A stretch of 64,000 nucleotides of DNA from Spirochaetia bacterium (GCA_963675665.1 OY776510.1:2944001-3008000); one strand, 5' to 3'. Shown: positions 1 through 10,280, numbered from the stretch's first letter. Translations and numbers: made by a program. The notes: generated by a model not told the origin, from the sequence alone.

Positions 1-338
1 AACGGATCCAGTTCAATAATCGTTCCGTTCTTTACGTCACGATTCAGATATGCATAATCTTCCTGAATGATGTCGCATGATTCTTCACCTGAAGAAATTT
101 TATCAATAAACGGCCAATAATCATGCCAGCTGAATGTTTTAAATTCTATTTCTTTATTATTATGCAATTGCTGATATAATTCGATCACCTTTTCAGTTCT
201 TTCATCTCTTAATGTTGTTCCCCACCAGCATATGGTTAACGGCTTGTCATTAACTTTTTTATTCGTAATTACAAAAAAGAAAATAAGAATTAATAAAATG
301 AAAATCATTAAAGAAATCAGAATAATTTTCTTATTCAT
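1..338 (-). CDS. Extracellular solute-binding protein, family 1 sugar-type; only the N-terminal part is in the window
   Basis: Not in the ORF track because it is cut by the window edge. Manual translation gives MNKKIILISLMIFILLILIFFFVITNKK...LTICWWGTTLRDERT...FSWHDYW...DIIQEDY, i.e. an N-terminal hydrophobic anchor plus a WWG motif. The ATG overlaps the kinase stop (ATGAATAA). Confidence 0.75.
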   Translation of the reverse strand, partial: MNKKIILISLMIFILLILIFFFVITNKKVNDKPLTICWWGTTLRDERTEKVIELYQQLHNNKEIEFKTFSWHDYWPFIDKISSGEESCDIIQEDYAYLNRDVKNGTIIELDP

Positions 339-2052
339 AATGTTCTTCTTTAGAATTATTAAAGAAAGTGATAATTACGACGCTTCCTGAATGATTTTGT
401 ATAGTTATTTCTCCTCCAATCTGATTTACAAGGTTTTTTACAAGCAATAGTCCGAATGATTCTGTGCTGTCAATATCCAGGGCCGGAGGGAAGCCCGGGC
501 CATTATCTTTTATTGTCACAGTTATCTTTTTATTCATGCTTTCTATCTTTAAATACAGTTCGCAGGATCCGTCTGCAGATCTTCCATGTTGTGCAGAATT
601 TATAATAAGTTCGTTTAAAATAAGGGACAGACTGGTTGCAAGTTCAAGGTTTATATTAAGATGCGGGTAACTGATATTGCTCTTTATATAAGGATACATT
701 TCCATAATATATGAAAAGATACTTTTAATTAATAAATTTACTTCAATTCTTGCTAATGATTCCGACAGAAAAAGCGATTCATATATGCTTGACATGGCAT
801 TTATTCTGCTTTCAAGTTGTCTGGAGAATAAACCTATATCGCTATAATTTCCCTTTTCAATATTGATCAGGCTGAGAATCATTTGAAGATTGTTTTTAAC
901 CCGGTGATGTATTTCTTTCAGCAGGGTATCTTTTTCATATAATGCAGAATTAAGTTCTTTTTCATAAATGTCCCTTTCCCTGTTTCTTTTCTCAAGGGTG
1001 CCGGTCATGTCGTTTATTGCAAATGAAACTTCTTTAATCTCCTTCGGCATATTTTCAGGATCTATCCGGGTAGAAAAATCACCGGATTGAATACTTTTTA
1101 AAGAATAAATCAATTTTGCGAGTGATTTACCAATCAGAAGATAGCCTAGTATACTTGAAATAAACAAACTGCCGATTGCAGTTAATATTAACAGCAAAAC
1201 GCTTTTTAAAATGCTCTGTTTAATCGGCGTTACAAGTTCTGATTCACTGGTTTCCAGAAGCATGAAAAGGTAAGGGGACTGTGTGTCGGTCAGTCGTATT
1301 TTTTTATAGACTATTCTCGCTTTTTCTGTGCTTTTCATTTCAAGCTTGCCGGTATCAGGACCGGCCTCGATAGCCTCAAGGGTTTTTAAATCAATCATTG
1401 TACGGGTCTTCTCAGCTTCTTCATTTGATGAACAGAATATTCTGACGCCGTTGTTATCAGTTAAAATAAATCTGAAACGTTTTGTTTCATTCAGTTTATC
1501 GCTGAGCTTCTCATATGAGGATAGTGAGTAGATAACTGAAACACAGCCGGTTGGTTCGCCTTTACTGTTACGCAAGGTTATTGCATAAGCCAGTCGCGGT
1601 GCGCTGTTTATTTCAGCATAAAAAATGCCTGCCGTAAAACCGTTTCCGTCAAGTGCGGATTTTATAAAAGAATAATCTGAAAGCGTTGTTCGCGAATCTT
1701 CGTAGCCGGAATAAATAATCTTTCCGGTTTTATCAATCAGGTAAATATTCATATATTCCGGGTTCCGCCATAATACTTCCTTCAACAGGTATTGTTTGGA
1801 TAGCGGCTTTGTATCTTCAATTGCAAGCAGGACTGCCAAAGTCGACAGCGTTTGATATGTTGATGCATTTATTGTTTCCTGAACATAAGAAGTAAAATCA
1901 AGCTGTCTGAAGGCTTCATTTTCGATTTCCCGGGAAATTTTTTTTACATTCTCCACACCTATACGGGATATTACTATAAGCGAAGGGCCTATAGAAATAA
2001 TGATTATAATTAAAAATATTTTTATGAATGAAGCTCCAGGGAAACGGTCCAT
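331..2052 (-). CDS. Membrane sensor histidine kinase (Cache-like sensor, HAMP, HisKA_2, HATPase_c)
   Basis: Two TM segments, a HAMP-like GDFSTRI segment, H-box EIHHRVKNNLQ, N-box NELIINSAQHG, and DNGPGF/SFGL G-boxes. Confidence 0.9.
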   Translation of the reverse strand: MDRFPGASFIKIFLIIIIISIGPSLIVISRIGVENVKKISREIENEAFRQLDFTSYVQETINASTYQTLSTLAVLLAIEDTKPLSKQYLLKEVLWRNPEYMNIYLIDKTGKIIYSGYEDSRTTLSDYSFIKSALDGNGFTAGIFYAEINSAPRLAYAITLRNSKGEPTGCVSVIYSLSSYEKLSDKLNETKRFRFILTDNNGVRIFCSSNEEAEKTRTMIDLKTLEAIEAGPDTGKLEMKSTEKARIVYKKIRLTDTQSPYLFMLLETSESELVTPIKQSILKSVLLLILTAIGSLFISSILGYLLIGKSLAKLIYSLKSIQSGDFSTRIDPENMPKEIKEVSFAINDMTGTLEKRNRERDIYEKELNSALYEKDTLLKEIHHRVKNNLQMILSLINIEKGNYSDIGLFSRQLESRINAMSSIYESLFLSESLARIEVNLLIKSIFSYIMEMYPYIKSNISYPHLNINLELATSLSLILNELIINSAQHGRSADGSCELYLKIESMNKKITVTIKDNGPGFPPALDIDSTESFGLLLVKNLVNQIGGEITIQNHSGSVVIITFFNNSKEEHYE

Positions 2053-2144
2053 ATCGAATCAATTATATTATAACTGCTGATAAAGTCAAAAAGAAAAAAT
2101 TATTGTTATTATTGTTTAAGATTGCATTTGCAGCAATAAGGATG

Positions 2145-3097
2145 TTACCATGCCGTAAAATCAAAATCGGATTCGAGGTTTGATTCGATATTTTCTTCGA
2201 GCATAAAGAAAAAATCAATTCCGGTAATTTCTTCGACTTCATCTACGGAAACCGAAAATTCCGACAATGGTTTATTTGAAGGTTTATTGGGCAAGATAAA
2301 TCCTATTGCCTTTTTCTCCGGGCCGAAATAATCAAGGATTACCTTAAAATAATAGTCAGGCACGCTTACATTGTTTTACCGATTTTATTGAAAAGTCCCC
2401 CGGTAAGTACCGGTCCGGTTACAACATAAATTTCAAAATTCTCCACAACCTTTGTCCTTACCCAGCTTTCAAGTTCTTTCCATATCCCCCGGTTAAACCC
2501 AGGCGCCTGCGGGCTCATGTTGGATAAATAGAAAGAATCGCTGATTGATTCGGAAGACCATTTAAGATCAGCTGCAGGAGCAAGATGCCCTCTGTCGTAT
2601 CCAGATCCTTTATAATCGGACAACTCGGCCGAACCTGTTAGTATCTCAGGATCCGCCCTGAAATTGTCGGTACGATCATGCTCACCTTCTGTTTCGTCAC
2701 ATGTTAACAGGTAAGCAACCCACAACGCCTGTTCGTCGGCTTCACTGTATAAAAGCGAATATCCATGATGATGAATTATTGCGGCAGTATTTTTACAGTA
2801 GGGTAAAGCAAGTTCTTCAAACCCGTATGACTGAAAGACCAAGGGTTTGCCTTCATATTCATTAACAGATGTTGCGTCGGGCGGTTTGCACCGCAGGCAG
2901 GGTTCATACCCGCGGCTAATGGCTTCAGCGAGATCTACAGGAATACCGTTTCCCTTTAAAACTGGGCATTCTTCACGGTGGTATTTTGAACCGGATTTTG
3001 TAATAAAAACAGTTATTTCTTCAGAAAAGCAAATATTTGAAAGGACAGGAATCAGAAGCAGAGCAATAATATATCTTTTGTATAAGCCGATTTTCAT
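2145..3097 (-). pseudogene. DNA/RNA non-specific endonuclease (EndoG/NucA family) split by a 1-nt frameshift
   Basis: ORF 2366-3097 has a signal peptide, YDRGHLAP and NMSPQ..FNRGIW. ORF 2145-2363 supplies the family C-terminus (VPDYYFKV...VDEVEEITGIDFF). One extra A in the run at 2374-2377 joins them into about 317 aa. Confidence 0.8.
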
Positions 3098-3154
3098 TTA
3101 TAACACATCATCCCTGAACAATTATACCAGTATTTATTAATATCAGGTATGGGT

Positions 3155-3760
3155 TTAATGATACAGGGTCAGTAATTGGTTTATTTTTTCCGGAATACTT
3201 TCACGCGGGGGCCTGTCTTCGAGCCATGTTGTGAATAACCCGAATATATAACCTCTGATAGTATGAAGAATCTCAAATGAAGAAAATTTATCTGAAAGCT
3301 GACCTGTTTTCTGGGCCCTTTTAATAACATCCTCAAGGCTTTTGTTTGCATCGCGATAGGTATCCAGAAAATGATTAATGGCAACAGAATCTTCACGATA
3401 ATCTTCGTCAATTACCATCGGGAAAACCTGTGTAAGGATAATATGCAAAAGAGGCATATTATCATAATAAAATTCCGTAATCATTATTACCATTTGTTTC
3501 AGTACAGAAATAGGATTGGTTTCAATATCCTTGAATCGAATATTGTCCAGCGTAAAGTCATGATACTCCTGGTCAAGTATTGTATCGATGATTTCGGGAA
3601 TGCTTTTAAAATAATAGTAAAGACTGCTTTTGTCCATATCTATTGCGTCGGCAATCGATGCCAGTGTGACCTGTTTCCCGTATTTAACAAATAATTCTTT
3701 AGCAGCATCAAGAATTAGTGTTTTTTTCTGTTCCAGCCGTGATTTTTTTGATGCTTTCAT
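3155..3760 (-). CDS. TetR/AcrR family transcriptional regulator
   Basis: N-terminal ILDAAKELF...TLASIADAIDMDKSSLYYYFKS HTH; divergent from the catabolic operon. Confidence 0.92.
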   Translation of the reverse strand: MKASKKSRLEQKKTLILDAAKELFVKYGKQVTLASIADAIDMDKSSLYYYFKSIPEIIDTILDQEYHDFTLDNIRFKDIETNPISVLKQMVIMITEFYYDNMPLLHIILTQVFPMVIDEDYREDSVAINHFLDTYRDANKSLEDVIKRAQKTGQLSDKFSSFEILHTIRGYIFGLFTTWLEDRPPRESIPEKINQLLTLYH

Positions 3761-3931
3761 AAACCTGTCCGTTTAAAAATCCTGTATTCAGTATATAGCA
3801 CTCATTTTAGTATGGCAAGGTTCTTGACAAACAAACTGGAATAAAATTCTGAATATATGAAAAAATAATATTTCCAAAAAATATTCAAGAAGAAAATTTA
3901 ATAATATTTCAAAAAAATTTTGAAAAAAACA

Positions 3932-3965
3932 TTGACATAACGAATATACAATGTAAAATGTTCGT
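3932..3965 (+). promoter_or_regulatory. Sigma70-like promoter overlapped by an imperfect inverted repeat (candidate TetR operator)
   Basis: TTGACA(3932)-N16-TAAAAT(3954); inverted repeat ACGAATAT-N10-ATGTTCGT at 3940-3965. Confidence 0.55.
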
Positions 3966-3990
3966 ATAGAAGTTCATAAGAGGTGAAATT

Positions 3991-5352
3991 TTGAATAGTA
4001 AAGGGAAAAACATACCAAGAAGCTATAAAACTGCTATGCCCTGTGCTGTAAGTGCAGAAGGGATTTATATATATGATGATGATGGAAAACGTTATATAGA
4101 CGGATGCTGCGGAGCTTTAATTTCCAATATCGGCGAATGCGTACCGGAAGTGGTGGACGCAATAAGTGAGCAGCTTCGCACGCTGAATTTTGCTCATCCG
4201 TCAAGATGGCGGAATACTTCAACCGAAGGAGCTGCTGAAGAACTGGCGGAGCTTCTGCCTGATGATCTTAATAATGTCTGGTTTGTCAGCGGCGGAAGTG
4301 AAGCGAATGAATCAGCCGTCAAACTTGCCCGGCAATATTATACAGAACGGGACGGAAAGGGTTCTTCCAAAAATGAAATCATAGGTCGATGGAATTCCTA
4401 TCACGGCGCAACACTGGGATGTATGGCAATAGCCGGAAATATGTCGAGAAGAAGAACATTTGCCCAAATGTTTAAAGAGCATTCGAAAATTGAAACTCAT
4501 TATTGCTACCGATGCCCGTATGGTCTTGAATATCCGAAATGTAAAATAAAATGTGCATATGAGCTTGAGGATACCGTGAATCGTATTGGTGCAGAGTCGA
4601 TTGCAGCTTTTATTGCAGAGCCGATTGTCGGTTCAAGCATAGGGGCTTTAACTCCGCCTGATGAATACTGGCCTGTCGTACGTAAAATATGCAGCGATAA
4701 CGATATTTTGCTTATTGCCGATGAGGTTATGACCGGTATGGGTCGGACGGGTAAGGCTTTCTGTGTTGAGCACTGGAATGTCACTCCCGATATAATGACT
4801 TCGGCAAAGGGGCTTGCCGCAGGGTATATACCTGCAGGCGCGGTGTTCGCCCCGGATTATATAATGAACGTAATAAAGGCCGGCAGCGGAAGTTTTGCAA
4901 ACGGATATACATATAACGGCAATCCGGTTGCGTGTGCAGCGATATCGGCAGTAGCCAGGTATATAAAAAAGAACAGGCTTATAGAAAACGCAGCCCGTCA
5001 GGGGGAGATTCTTGCGAATGAACTGGTGAAGCTGAAAAGTCTGCCGATAGTCGGGGATATCCGTGGTCTGGGGTTGATGAGGGGCATTGAAATTGTTGCT
5101 GATGCTTCAACCAGGGAGCCTTTTCCAGCCGGGCTGCATGCTTCTTCCATGATTGCCCAGGAATGTATGAAAAGGGGACTTGTGATATATCCTTCGGGCG
5201 GTATGGTAAACGGAGGTACCCGGGGGGACAATTTCCTTATTGCTCCCGCCTTGATTGTAACGGAAGAACAAATCGTTGAAATTGTGGAAATACTGTATGA
5301 GAGCCTTAAGACGGTATCGGAGCGTTTGCTTGCCGGAAAAGCAGCAGTGTAA
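3991..5352 (+). CDS. Class III PLP aminotransferase, YodT-like
   Basis: SGGSEA, SYHG, AEPIVG, ADEVMTGMGRTG and SAKG (PLP Lys). The motif pattern recalls Bacillus YodT. TTG start after a GAGGTG RBS. Confidence 0.88.
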   Translation: MNSKGKNIPRSYKTAMPCAVSAEGIYIYDDDGKRYIDGCCGALISNIGECVPEVVDAISEQLRTLNFAHPSRWRNTSTEGAAEELAELLPDDLNNVWFVSGGSEANESAVKLARQYYTERDGKGSSKNEIIGRWNSYHGATLGCMAIAGNMSRRRTFAQMFKEHSKIETHYCYRCPYGLEYPKCKIKCAYELEDTVNRIGAESIAAFIAEPIVGSSIGALTPPDEYWPVVRKICSDNDILLIADEVMTGMGRTGKAFCVEHWNVTPDIMTSAKGLAAGYIPAGAVFAPDYIMNVIKAGSGSFANGYTYNGNPVACAAISAVARYIKKNRLIENAARQGEILANELVKLKSLPIVGDIRGLGLMRGIEIVADASTREPFPAGLHASSMIAQECMKRGLVIYPSGGMVNGGTRGDNFLIAPALIVTEEQIVEIVEILYESLKTVSERLLAGKAAV

Positions 5353-5392
5353 CATCCGGGGTATGAGCTTACTTGCAGAGGAGTTAATGTAA

Positions 5393-6082
5393 ATGGCAAA
5401 GAAAAGAATAAAACCGGTATTAACAGCAAAAGATGCGGTAAAGTGCATCTCCAGCGGTGCAACCATTATGGTCGGTGGTTTTAATTACGGAGGCATTCCC
5501 TATAGTCTGATTAAGGCGCTGGTAGAATCTGAAGTTAATGATCTCACTTTAATAAGCAATGACACAGCATATGAAGATGTTGGACAGGGATCGCTTGTTA
5601 AAAACGGCCAGGTTAAGAAGGTTATTGCTTCTCACATCGGCCTGAACAGGGCAACACAGAATTTATACAATGAGCATAAAATTGATCTGGAATTGATTCC
5701 CCAGGGAACTTTTGTAGAAAAAATACGGGCCGGCGGATTCGGGTTGGGCGGGTTTTTAACGCCGACGGGTATAGGAACTGAAGCTCAGAACGGAAAACAG
5801 CTTATTGATGTCGGAGGAAGAGAATATATTCTTGAACTTCCTATGGTCGCCGATGTTTCATTGATCCGCGCTTATAAAGCGGATCAGAACGGGAACCTTA
5901 TCTATTTTGGTACCAACCGGAATTTCAACCCGACAATGGCCACCGCCGGAAAGATTGTTATAGCAGAGGTTGATGATATTGTGGTTTCCGGTGAGATCAA
6001 TCCCAATGATGTTGTGACGCCCGGAATTCTGATCGATTATCTGGTCTTGAAGGAGGACACCTATTATGCTTCCCGTACTTGA
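5393..6082 (+). CDS. 3-oxoacid CoA-transferase subunit A (AtoD/CtfA/YodS family)
   Basis: MVGGF, ISND, SHIGLN, PQGTFVEKIRAGG, TPTGIGT and NFNPTMA motifs. Confidence 0.93.
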   Translation: MAKKRIKPVLTAKDAVKCISSGATIMVGGFNYGGIPYSLIKALVESEVNDLTLISNDTAYEDVGQGSLVKNGQVKKVIASHIGLNRATQNLYNEHKIDLELIPQGTFVEKIRAGGFGLGGFLTPTGIGTEAQNGKQLIDVGGREYILELPMVADVSLIRAYKADQNGNLIYFGTNRNFNPTMATAGKIVIAEVDDIVVSGEINPNDVVTPGILIDYLVLKEDTYYASRT

Positions 6083-6746
6083 TGAAGAAAAAGTCCGAAA
6101 TAGAATTGCAAAGAGAATAGCGCTGGAATTTGATGACGGTGATGTTGTCAATCTGGGCATAGGTATTCCCACCCTTGTATCCGATTATATTCCAACCGGT
6201 ATTGAAGTAGTATTTCAAACGGAAAACGGCGTCGTCGGGGCCGGTCCGAAACCTGAAGTTGACGACTGGCGTTTTATCGGTGCCGGAGGCAGGTGTCTTA
6301 CACTGCTGCCCGGTTCGGCTCTGGTGTCAAGCGAAGTCAGTTTCGGTTTAATCAGGGGAGGGCACATTGATTACACAGTGCTGGGAGCTCTGCAGGTAGA
6401 TGAAAAGGCTAATCTGGCCAGCTGGTGGATTCCCGGAAAACTTATTCCCGGTATGGGCGGCTCAATGGATCTCGTAACCGGCGTAAAAAATGTAATTATC
6501 GCCACAAGCCATGTCAATAAAAAGGGAGAAGCAAAGATTGTTAAAGATTGCAGCTTCCCGCTTACGGGAGTCGGCGTGGTAAGCATGATCGTAACGGAAT
6601 ACGCTGTAATGAGATTTATCGAAAGCAAGCTGGTTTTGTCTGAACTTGCGCCCGGAGTTACCGTAGAAGATCTCCGTGGGAGTACAACTGCGGAATTCGA
6701 AATTGCTAAAGAAATAATAATCATGAAAGGATGCGAAGATGAGTGA
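6066..6746 (+). CDS. 3-oxoacid CoA-transferase subunit B (AtoA/CtfB/YodR family)
   Basis: VNLGIGIPT, catalytic TENG, IRGGHID, GMGGSMDL. Confidence 0.93.
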   Translation: MLPVLDEEKVRNRIAKRIALEFDDGDVVNLGIGIPTLVSDYIPTGIEVVFQTENGVVGAGPKPEVDDWRFIGAGGRCLTLLPGSALVSSEVSFGLIRGGHIDYTVLGALQVDEKANLASWWIPGKLIPGMGGSMDLVTGVKNVIIATSHVNKKGEAKIVKDCSFPLTGVGVVSMIVTEYAVMRFIESKLVLSELAPGVTVEDLRGSTTAEFEIAKEIIIMKGCEDE

Positions 6747-7938
6747 GGCCGAAATAAAGGTGAAACCTGTAATTCTAAGCGCCTGCAGAACTCCCGGGGG
6801 AAAGTACGGAGGCACTCTGCAGAATGAAAAAGCTCCCGGGCTCGGCGCTCTGGTTTTAAAGGAAGCTCTGAAAAGGTCCGGTGTACCGGCGGAAAATATA
6901 TCCGAGATAGTAATGGGCAACGGCTGGCAGGCCGGTATAGGTGCCAATCCTGCAAGAATTGCAGGATGGAAAAGCGAAGTGCTTTCGGAAGTTCCGGCTG
7001 TCACTTTAAATAAGCGCTGCGGTTCCGGATTGCGATCTGTAATGCTGATAGCCGACCGTATCAGGCTTGGTGATATTAATGCAGGTATCGGCGGGGGGAT
7101 GGAAAGCGCCAGCAATGTGCCCTATATACTTCCTGAAGCAAGATGGGGGCACAGGATGGGCGATAAAACCACCCTGGATATTCTTCATAAGGACGGTTTT
7201 TTCTGTCCGTTATCAGAGATGATGATGGGCAATACAGCTGAAATACTTGCCGAAGAATACCATATCAGCAGAAGCGAACAGGATCTTTTTGCTTTGCGAA
7301 GTCACAGGAATGCCGTAGCGGCAATTGAGCAGGGCAAATTCCATAATGAAATCGTACCGGTTCATATAAAAAACAGAAAACAGGAATTTGATTTCGATAC
7401 AGACGAGATCCCCAGAAGCGATACTACGGAAGAAAAGCTTGCAAAACTGCCGACTATTTTTCAGGCCGACGGCACTGTTACCGCAGGAACAAGTTCGGCC
7501 CTGTGCGATGGAGCAAGCGCACTTGTCCTTGCGGCCCCTGATTGGGCGCAGGAAAGGGGACATAAACCAATGGCTGAAATCCTGGGTTATGCGTCTGCAA
7601 CGGTTCCTCCCGATCATATGGGTATAGGCCCGGTTGAAGCTGTTCCGAAAGCCTTGAAAATGGCAGGACTGAGCCTTGCCGATGTTGATCTGATTGAACT
7701 GAATGAAGCTTTTGCTGTTCAGGTATTGGCGGTTCAGCGGGAACTTTCATTTGATATGGATAAATGTAATATATACGGCGGCGCAATAGCCCTTGGACAC
7801 CCGATTGGCGCCACAGGAGCAAAAATACTGACAACTCTTACATATGCGCTTCAGAGTGAAGATAAGGAGATCGGTTTGGCAACTGCATGCATAGGAGGCG
7901 GTCAGGGTGTTGCCATGGTAATAAGAAGATTGAATTAA
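6739..7938 (+). CDS. Acetyl-CoA C-acyltransferase (thiolase)
   Basis: NKRCGSG, NEAFA, GHPIGATG and CIGGGQG catalytic motifs. Confidence 0.95.
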   Translation: MSEAEIKVKPVILSACRTPGGKYGGTLQNEKAPGLGALVLKEALKRSGVPAENISEIVMGNGWQAGIGANPARIAGWKSEVLSEVPAVTLNKRCGSGLRSVMLIADRIRLGDINAGIGGGMESASNVPYILPEARWGHRMGDKTTLDILHKDGFFCPLSEMMMGNTAEILAEEYHISRSEQDLFALRSHRNAVAAIEQGKFHNEIVPVHIKNRKQEFDFDTDEIPRSDTTEEKLAKLPTIFQADGTVTAGTSSALCDGASALVLAAPDWAQERGHKPMAEILGYASATVPPDHMGIGPVEAVPKALKMAGLSLADVDLIELNEAFAVQVLAVQRELSFDMDKCNIYGGAIALGHPIGATGAKILTTLTYALQSEDKEIGLATACIGGGQGVAMVIRRLN

Positions 7939-8031
7939 ATATTTAGAAGCCTCCTTAAAGGTTGAAACATGAATTTGAGAATAGGCAGGCAGAAGAATCT
8001 AATATTTATATAAAAGCTACAGGAGGATTTT

Positions 8032-8844
8032 ATGGGGAGAAGCAGGAAATTCACGGTAGCCGCAGTCCAGATGAAATCGGAAATGAAAAATACCGAGCTT
8101 AATCTGGAGCGGGCCATCGAATTTGTAGTAGAAGCTGCAAAAAAAGGGGCAGATATAGTGTGTTTGCCTGAACTTTTTTACACAGGTTATCATCTTAATG
8201 CTCATGACTTGCAGGATATTGCGGAGCCGGTAGATGGTAATATGGTTAACCGATTACAAAAAGTTGCCAGTGATAATCGGGTATACATAATAGGCGGGTA
8301 TGCAGAGTCTGTAAAGATTCTGGGAAGAATGTATAACTCGGCTATTTTTATAAACGATAAAGGTGAAGTCGTCGGTAATATGAGAAAGGTATATTTGTGG
8401 GGCGAGGAACGGTTGAAATTTCGCGAAGGCGATAAATTTCCTGTTTTTGATACTCCGCTTGGGAAAATCGGAATAATGATTTGTTATGATGCTGAATTTC
8501 CTGAACCCATGAGAATAATGGCATTAAAAGGCGCTGAAATTGTGTTTGTACCATCCGTATGGAGCTTTAATGCCGAGAAAAGATGGCATGTCGATCTGGA
8601 GGGCGGGGCATTATATAACCTGTTCTACACAGTCGGAACAAACACCATCGGAGACGGCGCCTGCGGCAGCTCCAAAATAGTCTCTCCTTATGCAAAAACA
8701 TTAGCCCAGGCCGCAACGGATAAGGAAGAGATTATATATTCAGAGATTGATCTGGATAATGTTATTAAAGCACGTTCAGAAATACCTTACCTGAATGATT
8801 TTAAAGAAGACACTTTTAGCATGGATGCGCTAAAAACTTATTAA
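8032..8844 (+). CDS. Carbon-nitrogen hydrolase (nitrilase superfamily amidase)
   Basis: Glu-Lys-Cys triad: LPELF, RKVYL, ICYDAEFPE. Confidence 0.9.
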   Translation: MGRSRKFTVAAVQMKSEMKNTELNLERAIEFVVEAAKKGADIVCLPELFYTGYHLNAHDLQDIAEPVDGNMVNRLQKVASDNRVYIIGGYAESVKILGRMYNSAIFINDKGEVVGNMRKVYLWGEERLKFREGDKFPVFDTPLGKIGIMICYDAEFPEPMRIMALKGAEIVFVPSVWSFNAEKRWHVDLEGGALYNLFYTVGTNTIGDGACGSSKIVSPYAKTLAQAATDKEEIIYSEIDLDNVIKARSEIPYLNDFKEDTFSMDALKTY

Positions 8845-8859
8845 AGAAGGAGTAAAGTA

Positions 8860-10128
8860 ATGTCGGAAACAACACTTACAAAAGATGCAAACACATCTTC
8901 AGCAAAGGCTTCTGAAAATTCGGTATACGAAGAAGGAGCCTTAAAAATCACCAGATTAACCAATAAGGAAGTACTGTTTACCATTATTGGTTGTGTAATC
9001 GGTTCGGGTTCACTTGGTACAGCATATGCTGCAAGATTAGCAGGCTGGCCAATTATAGCACTGTGGTTTGTAGTATCCGGTTTCTTGACTACATGTTCAA
9101 TGTTGTATGTAGCAGAAACAACTCTCAGAACAAAGAAATTTGTTCAGCTTCCGGGACTTGCGGAAAAGTATGTTGGAAAACCGGGAGCCGTTATAATCTT
9201 CCTGGCTGTTCTGGTCAATGCTCTCGGTTGTCTGATTGCATATTTTAACGGAAGCGGAGCTATAATTTCCCAGATGATTGGCGTGCCCAGATGGGTATCA
9301 ATGCTTATCTTTTTAATCCCGGCTGCAGGTGTTTCCTGGTTCGGTCTGAAGGCTACAGGAATCGGAGCAAAAGTACTTAGTTTCGGGATGATTATAATTC
9401 TCACTATTTTATGTATAGCAACATTTTTCTCCTCGAAGGTTGATTTCAGCAATGTAGTATTTGTAAACTGGAAATACGCAATTCCGCTTTTTAACGTAGC
9501 TGCATTCAGTTATATAGGACAATATCTGGTTCCGGATTTGGCCAGGGGTATGTCTCATAACCCGAGAGCTCTTGCTCCGGCAATTGTAAAAGGTATGATT
9601 ATCTCAGGTGTATTGCTGATATGTATACCATTCAGTGTTCTTCTGGTAAACGATCCTGCTGAAGTAACACAGGTCGCAACTCTCTCATGGGGAGAAGCAC
9701 TTGGATTATGGGCTTTCTTTATCGGTAATATTTATGCCCTTATAGCCATGCTTACATCCTACTGGGCAATAAAGACTACAATAGTAACCAATATCGTTGA
9801 TGTCTTTAAATTCCGGTCTGAATGGGATATTAAAACCAGATTGTCAATAACAGCTGTTGTAACAGCTATCCCGTTATTTCTTGCTATAACCGGTCTCGTC
9901 GGATTTGTAAATGCAATTTATGCTGCAGGCACTTTCGGCGGTATTGTAATGGCTATAATTCCTGTAATGATGCTCAGAAAATCAAGGAAGATTGGAGAAG
10001 TGGAACCTTCCTGGACCTGCAGCTGGTATTCTCATTCTTTCTTCCAGGGATTGCTGATTGTAGTTTATTCTCTTGCATTCATCTATGCAGTATTAAGCCT
10101 GTTCGGATTGTTGCCGGCCGGTTGGTAG
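8860..10128 (+). CDS. Amino acid permease (Trp/Tyr permease-like, APC superfamily)
   Basis: About 11 hydrophobic segments; IIGCVIGSGSLG TM1 motif; AFSY and LTSY motifs. Confidence 0.82.
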   Translation: MSETTLTKDANTSSAKASENSVYEEGALKITRLTNKEVLFTIIGCVIGSGSLGTAYAARLAGWPIIALWFVVSGFLTTCSMLYVAETTLRTKKFVQLPGLAEKYVGKPGAVIIFLAVLVNALGCLIAYFNGSGAIISQMIGVPRWVSMLIFLIPAAGVSWFGLKATGIGAKVLSFGMIIILTILCIATFFSSKVDFSNVVFVNWKYAIPLFNVAAFSYIGQYLVPDLARGMSHNPRALAPAIVKGMIISGVLLICIPFSVLLVNDPAEVTQVATLSWGEALGLWAFFIGNIYALIAMLTSYWAIKTTIVTNIVDVFKFRSEWDIKTRLSITAVVTAIPLFLAITGLVGFVNAIYAAGTFGGIVMAIIPVMMLRKSRKIGEVEPSWTCSWYSHSFFQGLLIVVYSLAFIYAVLSLFGLLPAGW

Positions 10129-10184
10129 AGCCGTTAATTATAAATGATTTAAAAACTGTCAGCTTACTTAATAAATTCTCTATT

Positions 10185-10211
10185 AAACCTCTGCCGGAAG
10201 GCAGGGGTTTT
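10185..10211 (+). terminator. Intrinsic terminator ending the catabolic operon
   Basis: AAACCTCTGCC-GGAA-GGCAGGGGTTTT stem-loop. Confidence 0.7.
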
Positions 10212-10280
10212 AACATTAATTGGATTCATAACGGTTTTCCGCTCAACTTATTAATGCTTCAGTTTAAAAAATGAAAAACC

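Noticed and set aside
2370-2380. Programmed ribosomal frameshift in the nuclease gene
   Set aside because: There is no X XXY YYZ slippery heptamer or evident downstream structure; a simple indel explains it.
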